Of a stretch of 64,000 nucleotides of DNA, positions 39,071-49,380 are shown piece by piece. Below the pieces are notes generated by a model, which did not search any database, was not told the origin of the DNA, and worked only from the letters and a program-made list of their open reading frames with translations. The stretch is from an uncultured Gemmatimonadaceae bacterium. GTDB lineage: Bacteria > Gemmatimonadota > Gemmatimonadetes > Gemmatimonadales > Gemmatimonadaceae. The translations under genes were made by a program, and so were the position numbers. How positions within the stretch are numbered: the stretch's first letter is position 1; the number at the start of each line of letters is the position of its first letter. The DNA lies in the NCBI GenBank assembly GCA_963751275.1, contig CAVVTZ010000009.1:608001-672000 (forward strand). Reading direction: 5' to 3'.

Positions 39071-40734
39071 CGGTCGCGGGGGCGCGAGGGACGACCACCG
39101 CGTGCACCGCCGGCGCCGCGCGGGCCGCCGGGACCGCGCGGACCGCGGGAGCCGCCGCGATCCTCGCGCGGCTGGGGCTTCATGCCGTCGCCGCGGCGCG
39201 GACCGTCGCCGCCGCGCGGCGGACCATCGCCGCGTCGCGGGCGGAGCCCGGACTTGCTCGCCGAACCCGACGGCGGGCCGCTATGCCCCTCGTCGTCGAT
39301 GCGCGCGGCGAGGCGGCGCCCCTTCACCGTGACGCCGGTGATCGCGCGCGCCACCTTGCCGGCGACGTCGTTCGCGATCTCCACGAGCGCGTGCGTCTCG
39401 CGCAGGTCCACCTTGCCGATCTGCTCGCGCGAGATCCCCGCTTCGTTCGCGATCGCGCCGACGAGATCGCTCGGCCCGATGCGGTCCTTGGTGCCGCCAT
39501 TGATGTAGATCTTGGTGTACTCGCCCTTGGGCGAACGGGCGGCGCGCTCGCTGCGCTTCACGCCGTCCATGCCCACGGTGAAGGCCGGCATGGCGGCGGG
39601 CGGCGTGACCTCGCGGGCGCGGTCGAGCAGGCGCAGCGCGGCGGCCGCGACTTCCACGCCGTCGAACTCCGCGAGCAGCGGCTCGAGCGCGAGCAGTTCG
39701 CGCGCGGGGATGCCGTCGGCGAGCACGGCACGCAAATCCTCGCGCATGCGCTCCTCGCGCGTGAGGGCGCGCGCGGCGGGTCCCGACAGCGTGAGCGGCG
39801 TGACGCGTCCGCCGCCGGAGAGCGCGCGGAGCGCCGGCAGCTGGCGCGGGGTGGCGAGCGCCACGAGCGTGCCGCCCGCGGCGTGCAGCGCGATCACCGT
39901 CTCGCGGTCGAGCGGCGATTCGTAGAGCACGCAGAGCGTCGCGCCGGGCACCGGCGTGCCGCGCGTCACTTCGACGCTGGTGTCGCCGTCGCCGACGCCG
40001 AGCGAGCGGATGATCGAGCGCACTTCGCGGTCGGCGTCATCGCTGCGCACGTAGATCGCGGCGTGCTCGGGATCGAGATCGTCGAGCAGGCGCCGCAGGG
40101 CGTTGGGGCGCGCGCGCGGCGCGACGGCCACGTACGAGAAGTCGATGGCGAGGCCATCTACCGCGGCGACGACGCCGGTGCGGCGCGCGCGCCAGGCGTA
40201 GCGCTCCACGAGCGCCTCCACCGCGGGCGTGAGCTGCGAGGTGACCACCGTGCGCGCCGCATCCTTGGGCACTTCGGCGATCACCGCGGCGAGCGCGTCG
40301 GCCACCGCGACGGCGGCGGTGGTGCCGTCGGCCATCACGTCGGCCCAGGCGATGATCACGTGGCGCACGGTGTCGAGCTTGAGGATCGAAGCGTGGAGCA
40401 GCGTGAGCAGCTCGAGCGGCGAGCCGGCGATCACCGTCGCCGGGCGTTCGCGCAGCAATCGCGCCGCGCGCCGGCTGCCGGTGACCGGCAGCACGCGCGC
40501 GGGGGCGCCGGCGCTCGTGCGCGTGGCGGCCTCCGCGATCAGCACCGCGGTCTCGTCGTCGGGGGTGAGCACCAGCACCTGCGTCTCGGCGGCATCGGGC
40601 GCGATGCGGGCGAGCACTGGATCGAGGAATTGCGCCACCGCCGCCGCGTCCTGCGGCAGCACGTAGAGCACGTTCTGCCCGCGGGCGACGCCCGCGCGCT
40701 CCGATCCCGATTCCTCCACTCGCTCCAAGTCCAC
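39067..40734 (-). CDS. Degenerate DEAD-box helicase-like protein with C-terminal DbpA RNA-binding domain and RG-rich tail
   Basis: [10 protein letters not shown] (motif Ia-like), AGSP (Ib-like), [21 protein letters not shown] (DbpA); Walker A and DEAD are missing. Confidence 0.75.
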   Translation of the reverse strand: MDLERVEESGSERAGVARGQNVLYVLPQDAAAVAQFLDPVLARIAPDAAETQVLVLTPDDETAVLIAEAATRTSAGAPARVLPVTGSRRAARLLRERPATVIAGSPLELLTLLHASILKLDTVRHVIIAWADVMADGTTAAVAVADALAAVIAEVPKDAARTVVTSQLTPAVEALVERYAWRARRTGVVAAVDGLAIDFSYVAVAPRARPNALRRLLDDLDPEHAAIYVRSDDADREVRSIIRSLGVGDGDTSVEVTRGTPVPGATLCVLYESPLDRETVIALHAAGGTLVALATPRQLPALRALSGGGRVTPLTLSGPAARALTREERMREDLRAVLADGIPARELLALEPLLAEFDGVEVAAAALRLLDRAREVTPPAAMPAFTVGMDGVKRSERAARSPKGEYTKIYINGGTKDRIGPSDLVGAIANEAGISREQIGKVDLRETHALVEIANDVAGKVARAITGVTVKGRRLAARIDDEGHSGPPSGSASKSGLRPRRGDGPPRGGDGPRRGDGMKPQPREDRGGSRGPRGPGGPRGAGGARGGRPSRPRDR

Positions 40735-40827
40735 CTGATGCCTCCGGATTTTCAATGGCGCCGCTTCGTGCTCGTGAGTAAAGTATAGCGACGTGACACC
40801 GCCCACTCCAGCCACGACTTCGCGCGC

Positions 40828-42039
40828 GTGACCGAACAACCCGCCGGCGGCTTCACGCCGTCCGCCAACATCGCGTTCCTCAAGGAGTCGGCGACGATCG
40901 CCGTCTCGGCCCGGGCGAAGGCGCTGCGCGCCGCCGGGCGCCACGTGATCGACCTCGGGGCGGGCGAGCCCGACTTCGACACGCCGCCGTTCATCCGCGC
41001 CGCGGCGGCACGCGCCGTGGAGAGCGGGGCGACGCACTACACCGCCACCGAGGGGATCCTGCCGCTGCGCGAAGCGATCGCGGCCGACGCCCGGGAGCGT
41101 TACCGCGGTGCGGTGCCGGTGGACCCGAAGGACATCGTCGTGTCGAACGGGTCGAAGCAGTCGCTGTTCAACATCTGCTTCGCGCTCTTCGGCGCGGGAG
41201 ACGAGGTGCTGATCCCGACGCCGAGCTGGACGAGCTACTTCGAGATGGTGGCACTGTCGGGGGCGACGGCGGTCTCGGTGCCGGGCGATCCGAAGCGGAG
41301 CCTCACCGTCACCGCCGCGCTGCTCGAGAAGGCCGCGACGCCGCGCACGCGCGGCGTGATGCTGAACTCGCCGAGCAATCCGAGCGGCGCGGTGTATTCG
41401 GCGGAGGCGCTGCGCGACATCCTCGCGCTCGCGGAGCGGAAGAACTGGTGGGTGATCAGCGACGAGATCTACCGGCGCATCAGTTACGACTCACCGGCCG
41501 CCAGCTTGATGGATCTCGCGACGCGGCGCGAACGGCTGGTGATCGTGGACGGCGTGGCGAAGGCGTACGCGATGACGGGCTGGCGCATCGGCTGGGCGAT
41601 CGCGCCGCGCGCGCTCGCCACCGCGATGACCGGCTTCCAGTCGCACACCACGTCGAACGCCAGCGCGGCGTCGCAGCACGCGGCGCTCGCGGCGCTCAGC
41701 GACCGCGCGCAGGCCGAACCGGCGATCGATGCGATGGTGGCGGAATTCCGTGAGCGGCGCGACGCCATCGTTGAAGTGATGAAGTCGGAGCCGCGCCTGG
41801 AGTACGTGCCGATGGCCGGTGCGTTCTATCTCTTCGCGCGCATCGCGCCCGAGGGCGCGTCGGGCGATCCCGGCGCGGAGTTCGCGCAGGCGATGCTCGA
41901 GAAGCACGACGTGGCGATCGTGCCGGGCAGCGCGTTCGGCACACCGTCGTGGGTGCGGCTGTCGTATGCGGCGCCGCGTGAACAGGTGCTCACCGGCGTG
42001 CGCAAATTGATCGAGCTGTATCGTGAACGGATGAAGTGA
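40828..42039 (+). CDS. PLP-dependent class I/II aminotransferase (aspartate aminotransferase-like)
   Basis: GEPDF, NSPSNPSG, SDEIY, KAYAMTGWRIG, RLSYA. Confidence 0.93.
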   Translation: MTEQPAGGFTPSANIAFLKESATIAVSARAKALRAAGRHVIDLGAGEPDFDTPPFIRAAAARAVESGATHYTATEGILPLREAIAADARERYRGAVPVDPKDIVVSNGSKQSLFNICFALFGAGDEVLIPTPSWTSYFEMVALSGATAVSVPGDPKRSLTVTAALLEKAATPRTRGVMLNSPSNPSGAVYSAEALRDILALAERKNWWVISDEIYRRISYDSPAASLMDLATRRERLVIVDGVAKAYAMTGWRIGWAIAPRALATAMTGFQSHTTSNASAASQHAALAALSDRAQAEPAIDAMVAEFRERRDAIVEVMKSEPRLEYVPMAGAFYLFARIAPEGASGDPGAEFAQAMLEKHDVAIVPGSAFGTPSWVRLSYAAPREQVLTGVRKLIELYRERMK

Positions 42040-42122
42040 CGGCGCAGCCGGCGGCGCCAGCGTTCCGCTGGCGAGATGGACGGCGCCGAGTATCTTGTGC
42101 GCATTGGACCGCGGAGGGGCTC

Positions 42123-42626
42123 GTGCAGATCGCCGTGCAGGTCGAGCCGGCCCGGGGCGTCCCGGTGGCCGTGGAATACCGGTGGGATGTGGACACCGCG
42201 ATCCTCGTCGCGCATCTGGCGGACATTGAGCCGGGCAACGGCATGTCGGGTTCGGTGGAACTCTCGGGGCACGACGGGTCCTGGCTCGTGCTCGATGTGA
42301 AGAACGGGCAGGTGCGCGGCGTGGAAGTCGCGGTCTGGCCGGATGTGCGGAAGCAGGCGAAGCTGAAGGCGCCGGCCGAGGTGGAGGCGGCGAAGGTCAC
42401 CGTGCCGAATCGCAAGTCGGAGCCCGGCGTCTCGGATCTGCAGATGGAGACGGCGCTGGTCGCGGAGTCGGATCCGGCGCAGAGCATCGTCCACTTCCGG
42501 TTCGGCGGACGCAAGCCGGCGCGCACCCTCCGCATCGCGCGCGACGTGCTCGTGGAGATCGACGACCATCTGGTGCTCTCTGGCGTTTGGCTCTTGAACG
42601 TGCCCCCATTCCCGGCGGACGAGTGA
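42123..42626 (+). CDS. Hypothetical protein
   Basis: GGAGGGG RBS, GC3-rich ORF, coupled to the downstream gene. Confidence 0.6.
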   Translation: MQIAVQVEPARGVPVAVEYRWDVDTAILVAHLADIEPGNGMSGSVELSGHDGSWLVLDVKNGQVRGVEVAVWPDVRKQAKLKAPAEVEAAKVTVPNRKSEPGVSDLQMETALVAESDPAQSIVHFRFGGRKPARTLRIARDVLVEIDDHLVLSGVWLLNVPPFPADE

Positions 42627-42901
42627 TCACTACCATCGTGCTCATCAAGTGCGACCCGAAGCGGATCCCGCAGGCCGCGCTCAAGCTTGCCGGCGTGGAC
42701 GGCGTGTCGGAGGTGTACTCGGTGTCGGGCGAATGGGATCTGGTCGCGATCGTGCGAGTGGCGGAGTACGACCAGATCGCGAAGGTCGTGACGGAGGAAT
42801 TCGCGGCGGTGCCGGGACTGGAGAGGACCCAGACGCTCACCGCCTTCCGCGCGTATTCCCGAAAGGATCTCGAGCAGGCGTGGGACATCGGCTCTGAATA
42901 A
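42623..42901 (+). CDS. Lrp/AsnC ligand-binding-domain protein
   Basis: GVSEVYSVSGEWDL, G...T.T. Confidence 0.88.
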   Translation: MITTIVLIKCDPKRIPQAALKLAGVDGVSEVYSVSGEWDLVAIVRVAEYDQIAKVVTEEFAAVPGLERTQTLTAFRAYSRKDLEQAWDIGSE

Positions 42902-42907
42902 CAGAAT

Positions 42908-43085
42908 GGCGCGCCTAGGGCCTAGTACCGCTGTGACTGCGCGTCTAGTAGGCGGCGTGTGGTACGGCATGGCGGGAGTTGTACAGCGACTGCGGTCGTA
43001 GGGAGTCGGTGCCACTCACGCCGAGCCGTACCACACGCTGCCTCCTAGACGCGCCCCTCGAGCGGTACTAGGCCCCACACGCGCC
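42908..43085. repeat. Dispersed palindromic element, copy B (between convergent genes)
   Basis: TAGGGCCTAGTACCGCT ... ACCACACGCTGCCTCCTAGACGCGC...AGCGGTACTAGGCCCC. Confidence 0.88.
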
Positions 43086-43097
43086 TGTAGGGAGTAG

Positions 43098-44123
43098 TTA
43101 GTGCCCCGCCGCGCCCTTCGGAGCCGGAGTTGGCGTCGGCGAGTCGGCCGTCGGCCGTTCGTCGAGGCACCAATTCGAGCGCGCCCGGTACACCTCGCTC
43201 CATTTCCCGTTCTTCCAGCCGAGCACCGTGAGGAACGTGTCGCCGCCGTAGGTCCATCCTTCGAGGATGATCTCGTCCACGCCGTCGCCGGTGAGATCAA
43301 GATGGTCGAAGTAGCGCCGGAAGGCGGCGGCGGCGAGCGGGCCGTTGATCCGGTGCGCGAACGTCGCGTGCCACGCGCCCGTGGAATCCTTGTCGGCCAC
43401 CAGCAGGATGTGCGTCGTGCGCGCGCCGGTGGAGCTCGATTTCTCCGCACTCGGATCGATGAACGAGGCGACGATCGTGTTCGACTTCGTCGCGCCCGAC
43501 GGGAAGCTCACCGCATGGAAGTCGAGCGAGTCGAGCACCTGCGGCTTGATCCCCGCGGCCACCGCCACTTCCGCCGCGACGCCGCGGGCGATCCGCGCGA
43601 TCTCGGCGGGCGCCATCGGCTGCGGCGCGCGCGAGACGCCGAGCGTCCCGTTCGAGGCGAGCATCTCGAGCGTGAAGTCGTTGCGCACGCGCAGCGCATT
43701 GGCGCGCACCGCGGCGAGCGGCGTCAGCGTGTGACAGCCCGGCAGCGTGTACAGCGGGTTGCCCGCGCGCTCCCACATGCCCTGGCGCACCTCGGCCGTG
43801 CCGCTCGTGTGGCCGTCCTGGTAGATCGTGTAGCTCTTGCCGTGGCGGAGATACTCGGCGTCGAACTTCTGCCAGTTCTCGGCGGTGAGCTGGATCGCCT
43901 TGAGCTTGCCGCCGGAGATCGTGGCCACCGGCACCATGCGCGCGTCGCCCGTCTCGCCGAAGATCTGGAAGAGGATCACCGGGTGCGACGCGAGATTCAG
44001 CTCTTCGCCCGGCGGGATGCGCGGCGGTCCCGCAGCCTGTCCGGCTTGCAGGAACGCCTTTGCTTTGTCACATCCGGTAGCGACCATTAGGATGGTCGCG
44101 ATCACAGCGAGTCGTGATTTCAC
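43098..44123 (-). CDS. Hypothetical lipoprotein
   Basis: Lipobox VATGC; C-terminal DLTGDGVDE (FG-GAP/EF-hand-like). Confidence 0.7.
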   Translation of the reverse strand: MKSRLAVIATILMVATGCDKAKAFLQAGQAAGPPRIPPGEELNLASHPVILFQIFGETGDARMVPVATISGGKLKAIQLTAENWQKFDAEYLRHGKSYTIYQDGHTSGTAEVRQGMWERAGNPLYTLPGCHTLTPLAAVRANALRVRNDFTLEMLASNGTLGVSRAPQPMAPAEIARIARGVAAEVAVAAGIKPQVLDSLDFHAVSFPSGATKSNTIVASFIDPSAEKSSSTGARTTHILLVADKDSTGAWHATFAHRINGPLAAAAFRRYFDHLDLTGDGVDEIILEGWTYGGDTFLTVLGWKNGKWSEVYRARSNWCLDERPTADSPTPTPAPKGAAGH

Positions 44124-44163
44124 GAGTGGCGCGTTTCCTTTCGGTGGAGCGGGCAACGGACCG

Positions 44164-45168
44164 GTGAGCGCAGAAACGAACACTGCCAGCGACTACGCCA
44201 CAAGCCATCGCGCGGCCCTGCGGCATCTCGTGCAGCGCGTGCCGGGACTGCGCGCGGCGGTGTCCGGAGGCCCGCCGCTGGAACGCATGGCCGGGGCACC
44301 CGAAGAACCGCATCTCATAGACGCCGTAAGCATCGAAGGTGCAACACTTAGGGCCCACCCGGTGCCCGGTGCGCCGGAAGCCGCGTTCGCCGCCTTCCTG
44401 GACGGGGTGCAGGAGAGCCGCGTGCTCGCCTGGCAGGGTGCGGCGCCGGTGGTGTTCGGCACCGTGGCGGCGGCCGTGCGGCGCCGCGTGGAGCGGCGGC
44501 TCAGCACGTGGGACCGGCCCGTTGTGGAACGCCGGATCTACGCGCCGCTCGCGTATCTCCCGGCGGCGGCGCTGCGCTCGGCGTTCACGGAAAACGAATT
44601 GGTGGACACCGCGCGGCCGGACTCGGGCGGATCGCCGCCGCCGCCGCATCCGACGCTGTTGCTCGAGCGCGCGAAGACCGCCGTCTCGCGCGACCGAGAG
44701 AGTGCGGAGCGCCGGCTCGCCGAGCACTGGTGCACGCGCGGAGGCGGGCCGCTGTGCATCGACGGCGGCATCACCGGCAGCGATGCGCTCGCGCGCGACG
44801 AGCAGGCGGTGGGCGTCGTGAAGAGCCATCGCACGCTGTACGCGAGCGGCGCGGCGCTGGATATCGTGCTCGGTCTGGCGCGCGGCGAGCGTACGTCGGT
44901 GTTCCGCCTCGCGCCGCGCGAGCGCAGCGCGGTGCACAGCTGGTATCTGCGGCTTCGAGATCCCGCCGACCAGCATGCGCTGTTCGGACTGGTGCGCGTG
45001 GAGGTCGCGGCCACGGCCGCCGATGCGCGGGCGGCCGCGCAGCGGGCCGACGAGGTCTCGCGCTGGGTGCTCGCCGAGGCGTCGCCGCTCGCGCTGCCCG
45101 ACGCGCAATGGGATGTCATGGCGTACCCGATCCGCGATTGCGAGGAATTCCTGCGGGCGATCGCGTGA
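44164..45168 (+). CDS. nurA: NurA-family 5'-3' nuclease (RNase H-like fold)
   Basis: Acidic motifs AFLDG and CIDGG, VGVVKSH, SWYLRLR, C-terminal YPIRDCEEFLR; directly upstream of herA. Confidence 0.72.
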   Translation: MSAETNTASDYATSHRAALRHLVQRVPGLRAAVSGGPPLERMAGAPEEPHLIDAVSIEGATLRAHPVPGAPEAAFAAFLDGVQESRVLAWQGAAPVVFGTVAAAVRRRVERRLSTWDRPVVERRIYAPLAYLPAAALRSAFTENELVDTARPDSGGSPPPPHPTLLLERAKTAVSRDRESAERRLAEHWCTRGGGPLCIDGGITGSDALARDEQAVGVVKSHRTLYASGAALDIVLGLARGERTSVFRLAPRERSAVHSWYLRLRDPADQHALFGLVRVEVAATAADARAAAQRADEVSRWVLAEASPLALPDAQWDVMAYPIRDCEEFLRAIA

Positions 45169-45181
45169 GTAGCTTTCCGTC

Positions 45182-47144
45182 ATGATCGACAAGCCACCGC
45201 CGCGCGCGCTGGGCCGCGTCGCCGCCACCGAGCGGAATCCCAACACGCCGCACCAGTTCCATTTCTGGACCGCGGTGGACGCCGCCGTGGGCATCGGCAC
45301 GATCGTGCGCGTGGACGGCGCGCGTCCGGTGGACGGGCAGCTGCCGCGCGTGTACGGCATGGTGGTGGAGGGTTTCGGCTACACCGACCTGCAGTCGCCG
45401 CTGCACGACGTGCTCGGCCACGATGGCGATCCGGCGAGCGCGGGCTTCGCGCCCACCGAGCGCGCGGAGGTGCGCGTGTACACGGCGGCCGTGCTGCGCC
45501 AGATCCCCGAGGAGCCGATGCAGCCGGTGCCGATGGGCGATGTGTACCTCGCCGATCATGCCGATGTCGCGATCGCGCTGCGCATGGACGGCTACCTGAA
45601 GGAGGGCGCGCGCACGGCGATCCCGATCGGCCTCTACCGCGCCGGTGCGATGGATGCACCGGTGTATCTCGACGCCGATTTCCTGATCGGGCCCGAGGCG
45701 GCGCACCTGAACATCACCGGCGTGTCGGGGCTCGCGACGAAGACGAGCGCGGTGGAATTCCTGCTGCAGTCGCTCTTCACGCATTTCCCGGAGCAGAAGG
45801 GCTCGATCGCGGCGGTGTGCTTCAACGTGAAGGGTCCCGATCTCTGCTTCCTCGACCAGCCCGGCGAGATCACCGACGAGGACCGCGCGCTGTACGAGGC
45901 GCTCGATGTGCCGGCCGAGCCCTTTCGCGACGTGGAGTATTACGCGCCCTTCAAGCCCGACCTGCTCACCATCCGCACGCTGCGCTCGAACGAGGCGCTC
46001 GCGGCGAACGTCCAGCCGCTCACGTGGGGACTGCGGCGAGGTGCTGCAGTACGCCGAGGTGCTGCTGAACAAGGACGACGTGGACGCGAAGGCCGACGCG
46101 CTGATCGACTTCATTCGCGAGCGCGTGCTGGGGCGCGAGTTCGAGGATCCGCAGCTGAAGAAGAAGCACAGCGTGAAGAGCTTTGCCGATCTCGAGGCGT
46201 GGTTCATCGACGTGCTGCGCTCGCTCGAGGAGCGGGGCGGGGAAGTGTGGCGCACGCATCACGTGGCCACCGTGCGAAAGGTGCGCAACCGGCTCTCGAA
46301 CATCGCCACGCGCTGCGCGGGGTTGGTGACGAGCGATGGCGCGACGAGCGATCTGCCGTTCGGCGAGTTCCGCGACCGTGCGGTGTACGTGGTGGACGTG
46401 GCGCTGCTGGAAGAGGACGCGCAGGACCTCATCTTCGCGCGCGTGGTGAGCACGCTGCGCGAGCATCTCGAGCGGCGCGACCTGGGCGTGAGCCACGTCG
46501 TGGTGTTCGTGGACGAGCTGAACAAGTACGCGGCGTCGGACGGGCCGGACACGTACGTGCGGCGCATGCTGCTCGACATCTCCGAGCGCGGGCGGTATCT
46601 GGGGCTCGTGCTCTTCGGCGCGCAGCAGTTCCGCTCGCAGGTGCACCGCCGTGTGGCGGGGAACGCGGGCACCGCGCTGTACGGGCGCATGGACTCCGAT
46701 GAGCTGGCGACGCCGGGCTACGCGGTGCTGAGCGCGGCGATCCGCACCAAGCTCGCGACGCTGTCGAAGGGGCAGCTCATGGTGCGGCATCCGCACTTCA
46801 CGCAGCCGGTGTTCGTGCGCTTCCCGCGGCCGGCGGTGATGCGCGGGCGCGACGGCGCGGAGCGGTATCCGCCGGCGATCGATGTGCCCTTCGACCAGGC
46901 GGTGCTGCGCAACCTGCGCACGCTCGACCGCTCGCTCACGCTCGCGGCGGTGCAGGAGTACGTCGCGATGTACCCGGAGGAGCAGGTGATGCGCGCGATG
47001 CACGCGACGCTGCGCGCGCGGCCGGAGAAGGTGGAGGCGTACTTCCGGTCGCAGTTCCGCGCGCTGATCCCGTCGCAGCGGCCGGCGCCGCCGCCGGCGA
47101 CGCCGATCGTCACGCTGCCGAAGGATGATCCGTATGCGTTCTGA
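45182..47144 (+). CDS. herA: HerA/FtsK-family ATPase with N-terminal HAS-barrel-like region (frameshift near 46035)
   Basis: HLNITGVSGLATKTS (variant Walker A), FNVKG, VVVFVDELNKY (Walker B), ERGRYLG, GAQQ. Confidence 0.82.
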
Positions 47145-47976
47145 CCGGCTCGCGCTGATGGCGCTCGTGGCGTCGCTCGGCGTCGCCACCGGCGCACGGG
47201 CTCAGGTCGCGGTGCCGCTGCGCATCGATCCGCGCGTGGGCGACACGCTGCGCACGCGCTTCGAGCAGGACATGGACATGACCGCCACCACCAAGGTGCG
47301 CGGCAAGGACACGACGCTCGTGACGCGCACGAGCACACTCGTGATCGCGCGGCTGATCGTGCTGCGCAGCGACAGCAACGGCGCCACGCTCGAGGCGATC
47401 ACCGACTCCGTGGCGGTGCTCACCGTCGGCGAGCAGGCGATCACGCCGAGCGAGGGCGCGCGCCGCGCGATGCAGAAGCGGCGCATCACGCTGTACATCA
47501 AACCCAATGGCGCGGTGCGCTTGCAGGCGCCCACCGACCTCGATCGCGACCTCGGCGCGCTCGTCGGCACGATGCCGGCCACGCTGCCCGCGCTGGCGCA
47601 GCGCGTGGGCGCGACATGGGAGAGCGCGGTGGCCGTACCGGTGGGCGGCGATGCCAGCGAGGGGCACGGCGCGAAGCTGCGCGCCGTGTACACCTTCGAT
47701 TCATCCACCGCCGCGCCCGCGCAGGATTTCATCTCCGTGCGCGGCGTGATCGCGCGCGATTCCACGGGCGGCGCGCTGCGCGATGGCACGGGCATGACGT
47801 CGGCCGGCACGATGACCGGGGCCGTCGTCCTCGACCGCGCGCGCGGCTGGTGGGACGATTCCAAGATCGTGATCACGATCAATTCCGTGATCACCCCCTC
47901 CGCCGCGGCCGGCGGCCCACCGGTGCATGTTCGCACCCGCATCACGGAGCGGGTGCACACCGACTCTCTTAATTGA
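47134..47976 (+). CDS. Hypothetical secreted beta-rich protein
   Basis: Signal peptide ending ARA-Q; start overlaps the herA 3' end. Confidence 0.7.
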   Translation: MRSDRLALMALVASLGVATGARAQVAVPLRIDPRVGDTLRTRFEQDMDMTATTKVRGKDTTLVTRTSTLVIARLIVLRSDSNGATLEAITDSVAVLTVGEQAITPSEGARRAMQKRRITLYIKPNGAVRLQAPTDLDRDLGALVGTMPATLPALAQRVGATWESAVAVPVGGDASEGHGAKLRAVYTFDSSTAAPAQDFISVRGVIARDSTGGALRDGTGMTSAGTMTGAVVLDRARGWWDDSKIVITINSVITPSAAAGGPPVHVRTRITERVHTDSLN

Positions 47977-47980
47977 AGGG

Positions 47981-48133
47981 CGCGTGTGGGCGCTAGTAGA
48001 TCTTGAGAAGCGCGTCTGGGAGGCATCGTGTAGTACGGCAGGGCGGGAGTAGCTGCCGCCGCCACTCCCGCCCTGCCGTACTACACGCTGCCTCCTAGAC
48101 GCGCCGTTCGAGCGGTACTAGGCCCCACACGCG
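47981..48133. repeat. Dispersed palindromic element, copy C
   Basis: GTGTAGTACGGCAGGGCGGGAGT / ACTCCCGCCCTGCCGTACTACAC core stem; right arm nearly identical to copies A and B. Confidence 0.88.
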
Positions 48134-48176
48134 TAGTTGGTGGCGCCATAGTCGCGCCACCGCGCTACATTAGAGC

Positions 48177-49380
48177 GTGCGGCTCGTACACCTCGCTGAC
48201 CTCCATTTGGGCTTCCGCCAGTATCACCGGCTGACGCCCACCGGGATCAACCAGCGCGAAGCGGACGTCGCGAACGCGTTCCGCCGCGCGGTGGATCGCG
48301 TCATCGCCTTGCGCCCGGACATCGTGGTCATCGCCGGCGACGTGTTCCATACGGTGCGCCCAATGAACCCCGCGATCATCCACGCCTTCCAGCAGTTCTC
48401 GCGGCTGAAGGCGGCGCTCCCCGACGCGGTGATGGTCATGGTGGCCGGCAACCACGACCGACCGCGTAGCGCCGAGACCGGATGCATCCTGCGCCTCTTC
48501 GCGCCGCTCGGCTACCACGTGGCGGACGAGAAGGCGGAGCGCTTCTCCTTCCCGGACCGGGACCTCTCGATCCTCGCCGTGCCCGATCTCACCGGGCCGC
48601 GCCCGGAGATCGCGCCGGAGCCGGGGGTGAAGCACAACGTGCTCGTGCTCCACGGCGAGGTGGAAGGGATGCTCCCCGAGCACATGGCGCGCGTGGACCG
48701 CGCCGTGATGGAGATCCCGCAATCCGAGATCGGCCCCGAGCGGTGGAGCTACGTGGCGCTCGGCCATTATCACGTGCAGCGCGAGATCCAGCCCAACTGC
48801 TACTACTCGGGTTCGCTCGAGTACACGAGCGCGAATCCGTGGGGCGAGCTGGTGGAGGAGCGTGAGGCCGATCTCGCCGGCAAGAGCTTCATCGAGTACG
48901 ACCTCGATGCGCACGCGCCGCGATTCCACGCGCTCGAGGTGAGCCGGCCGCTCGTGAACCTGCTCGCGGTGTCGGCGCGCGGGATGTCGGCGGCCGAGCT
49001 GGATGTGGCGATCAAGGAGCGCGTGGACACGACGCCCGGCGGCATCGACGACAAGATCGTGCGCCTCGTGGTGCGCGACGTGCCGCGGCACATCGTGCGC
49101 GAGCTGGACCAGAAGGCGCTGCGCGAGTACAAGCGGCGCGCGCTGCATTTCCATCTCGACACGCGGCGGCCGGAGATCGCGCGCGTGTCGTCGAGCGGCG
49201 CGCCGGGCCGCCGTGCCACGCTGCCCGAGACGGTCGAGAATTATCTCGCGAAGCGGCCGATGGAATCGGGGATCGACCGTGCCGCCATCGTCGCGCTGGG
49301 ATTGCATTATCTGCAGGAGGCCGACGCCGCGATCCAGGCGGCGGGCGTGCACGCCCGGGGCGGAGGGCGCAGCCGGATGA
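48177..49380 (+). CDS. sbcD: Mre11/SbcD-family metallophosphoesterase nuclease (reads in frame into rad50 in this assembly)
   Basis: HLADLHLG, IAGDVFH, AGNHD, LHG, LGHYH, YSGSLE. Confidence 0.9.
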
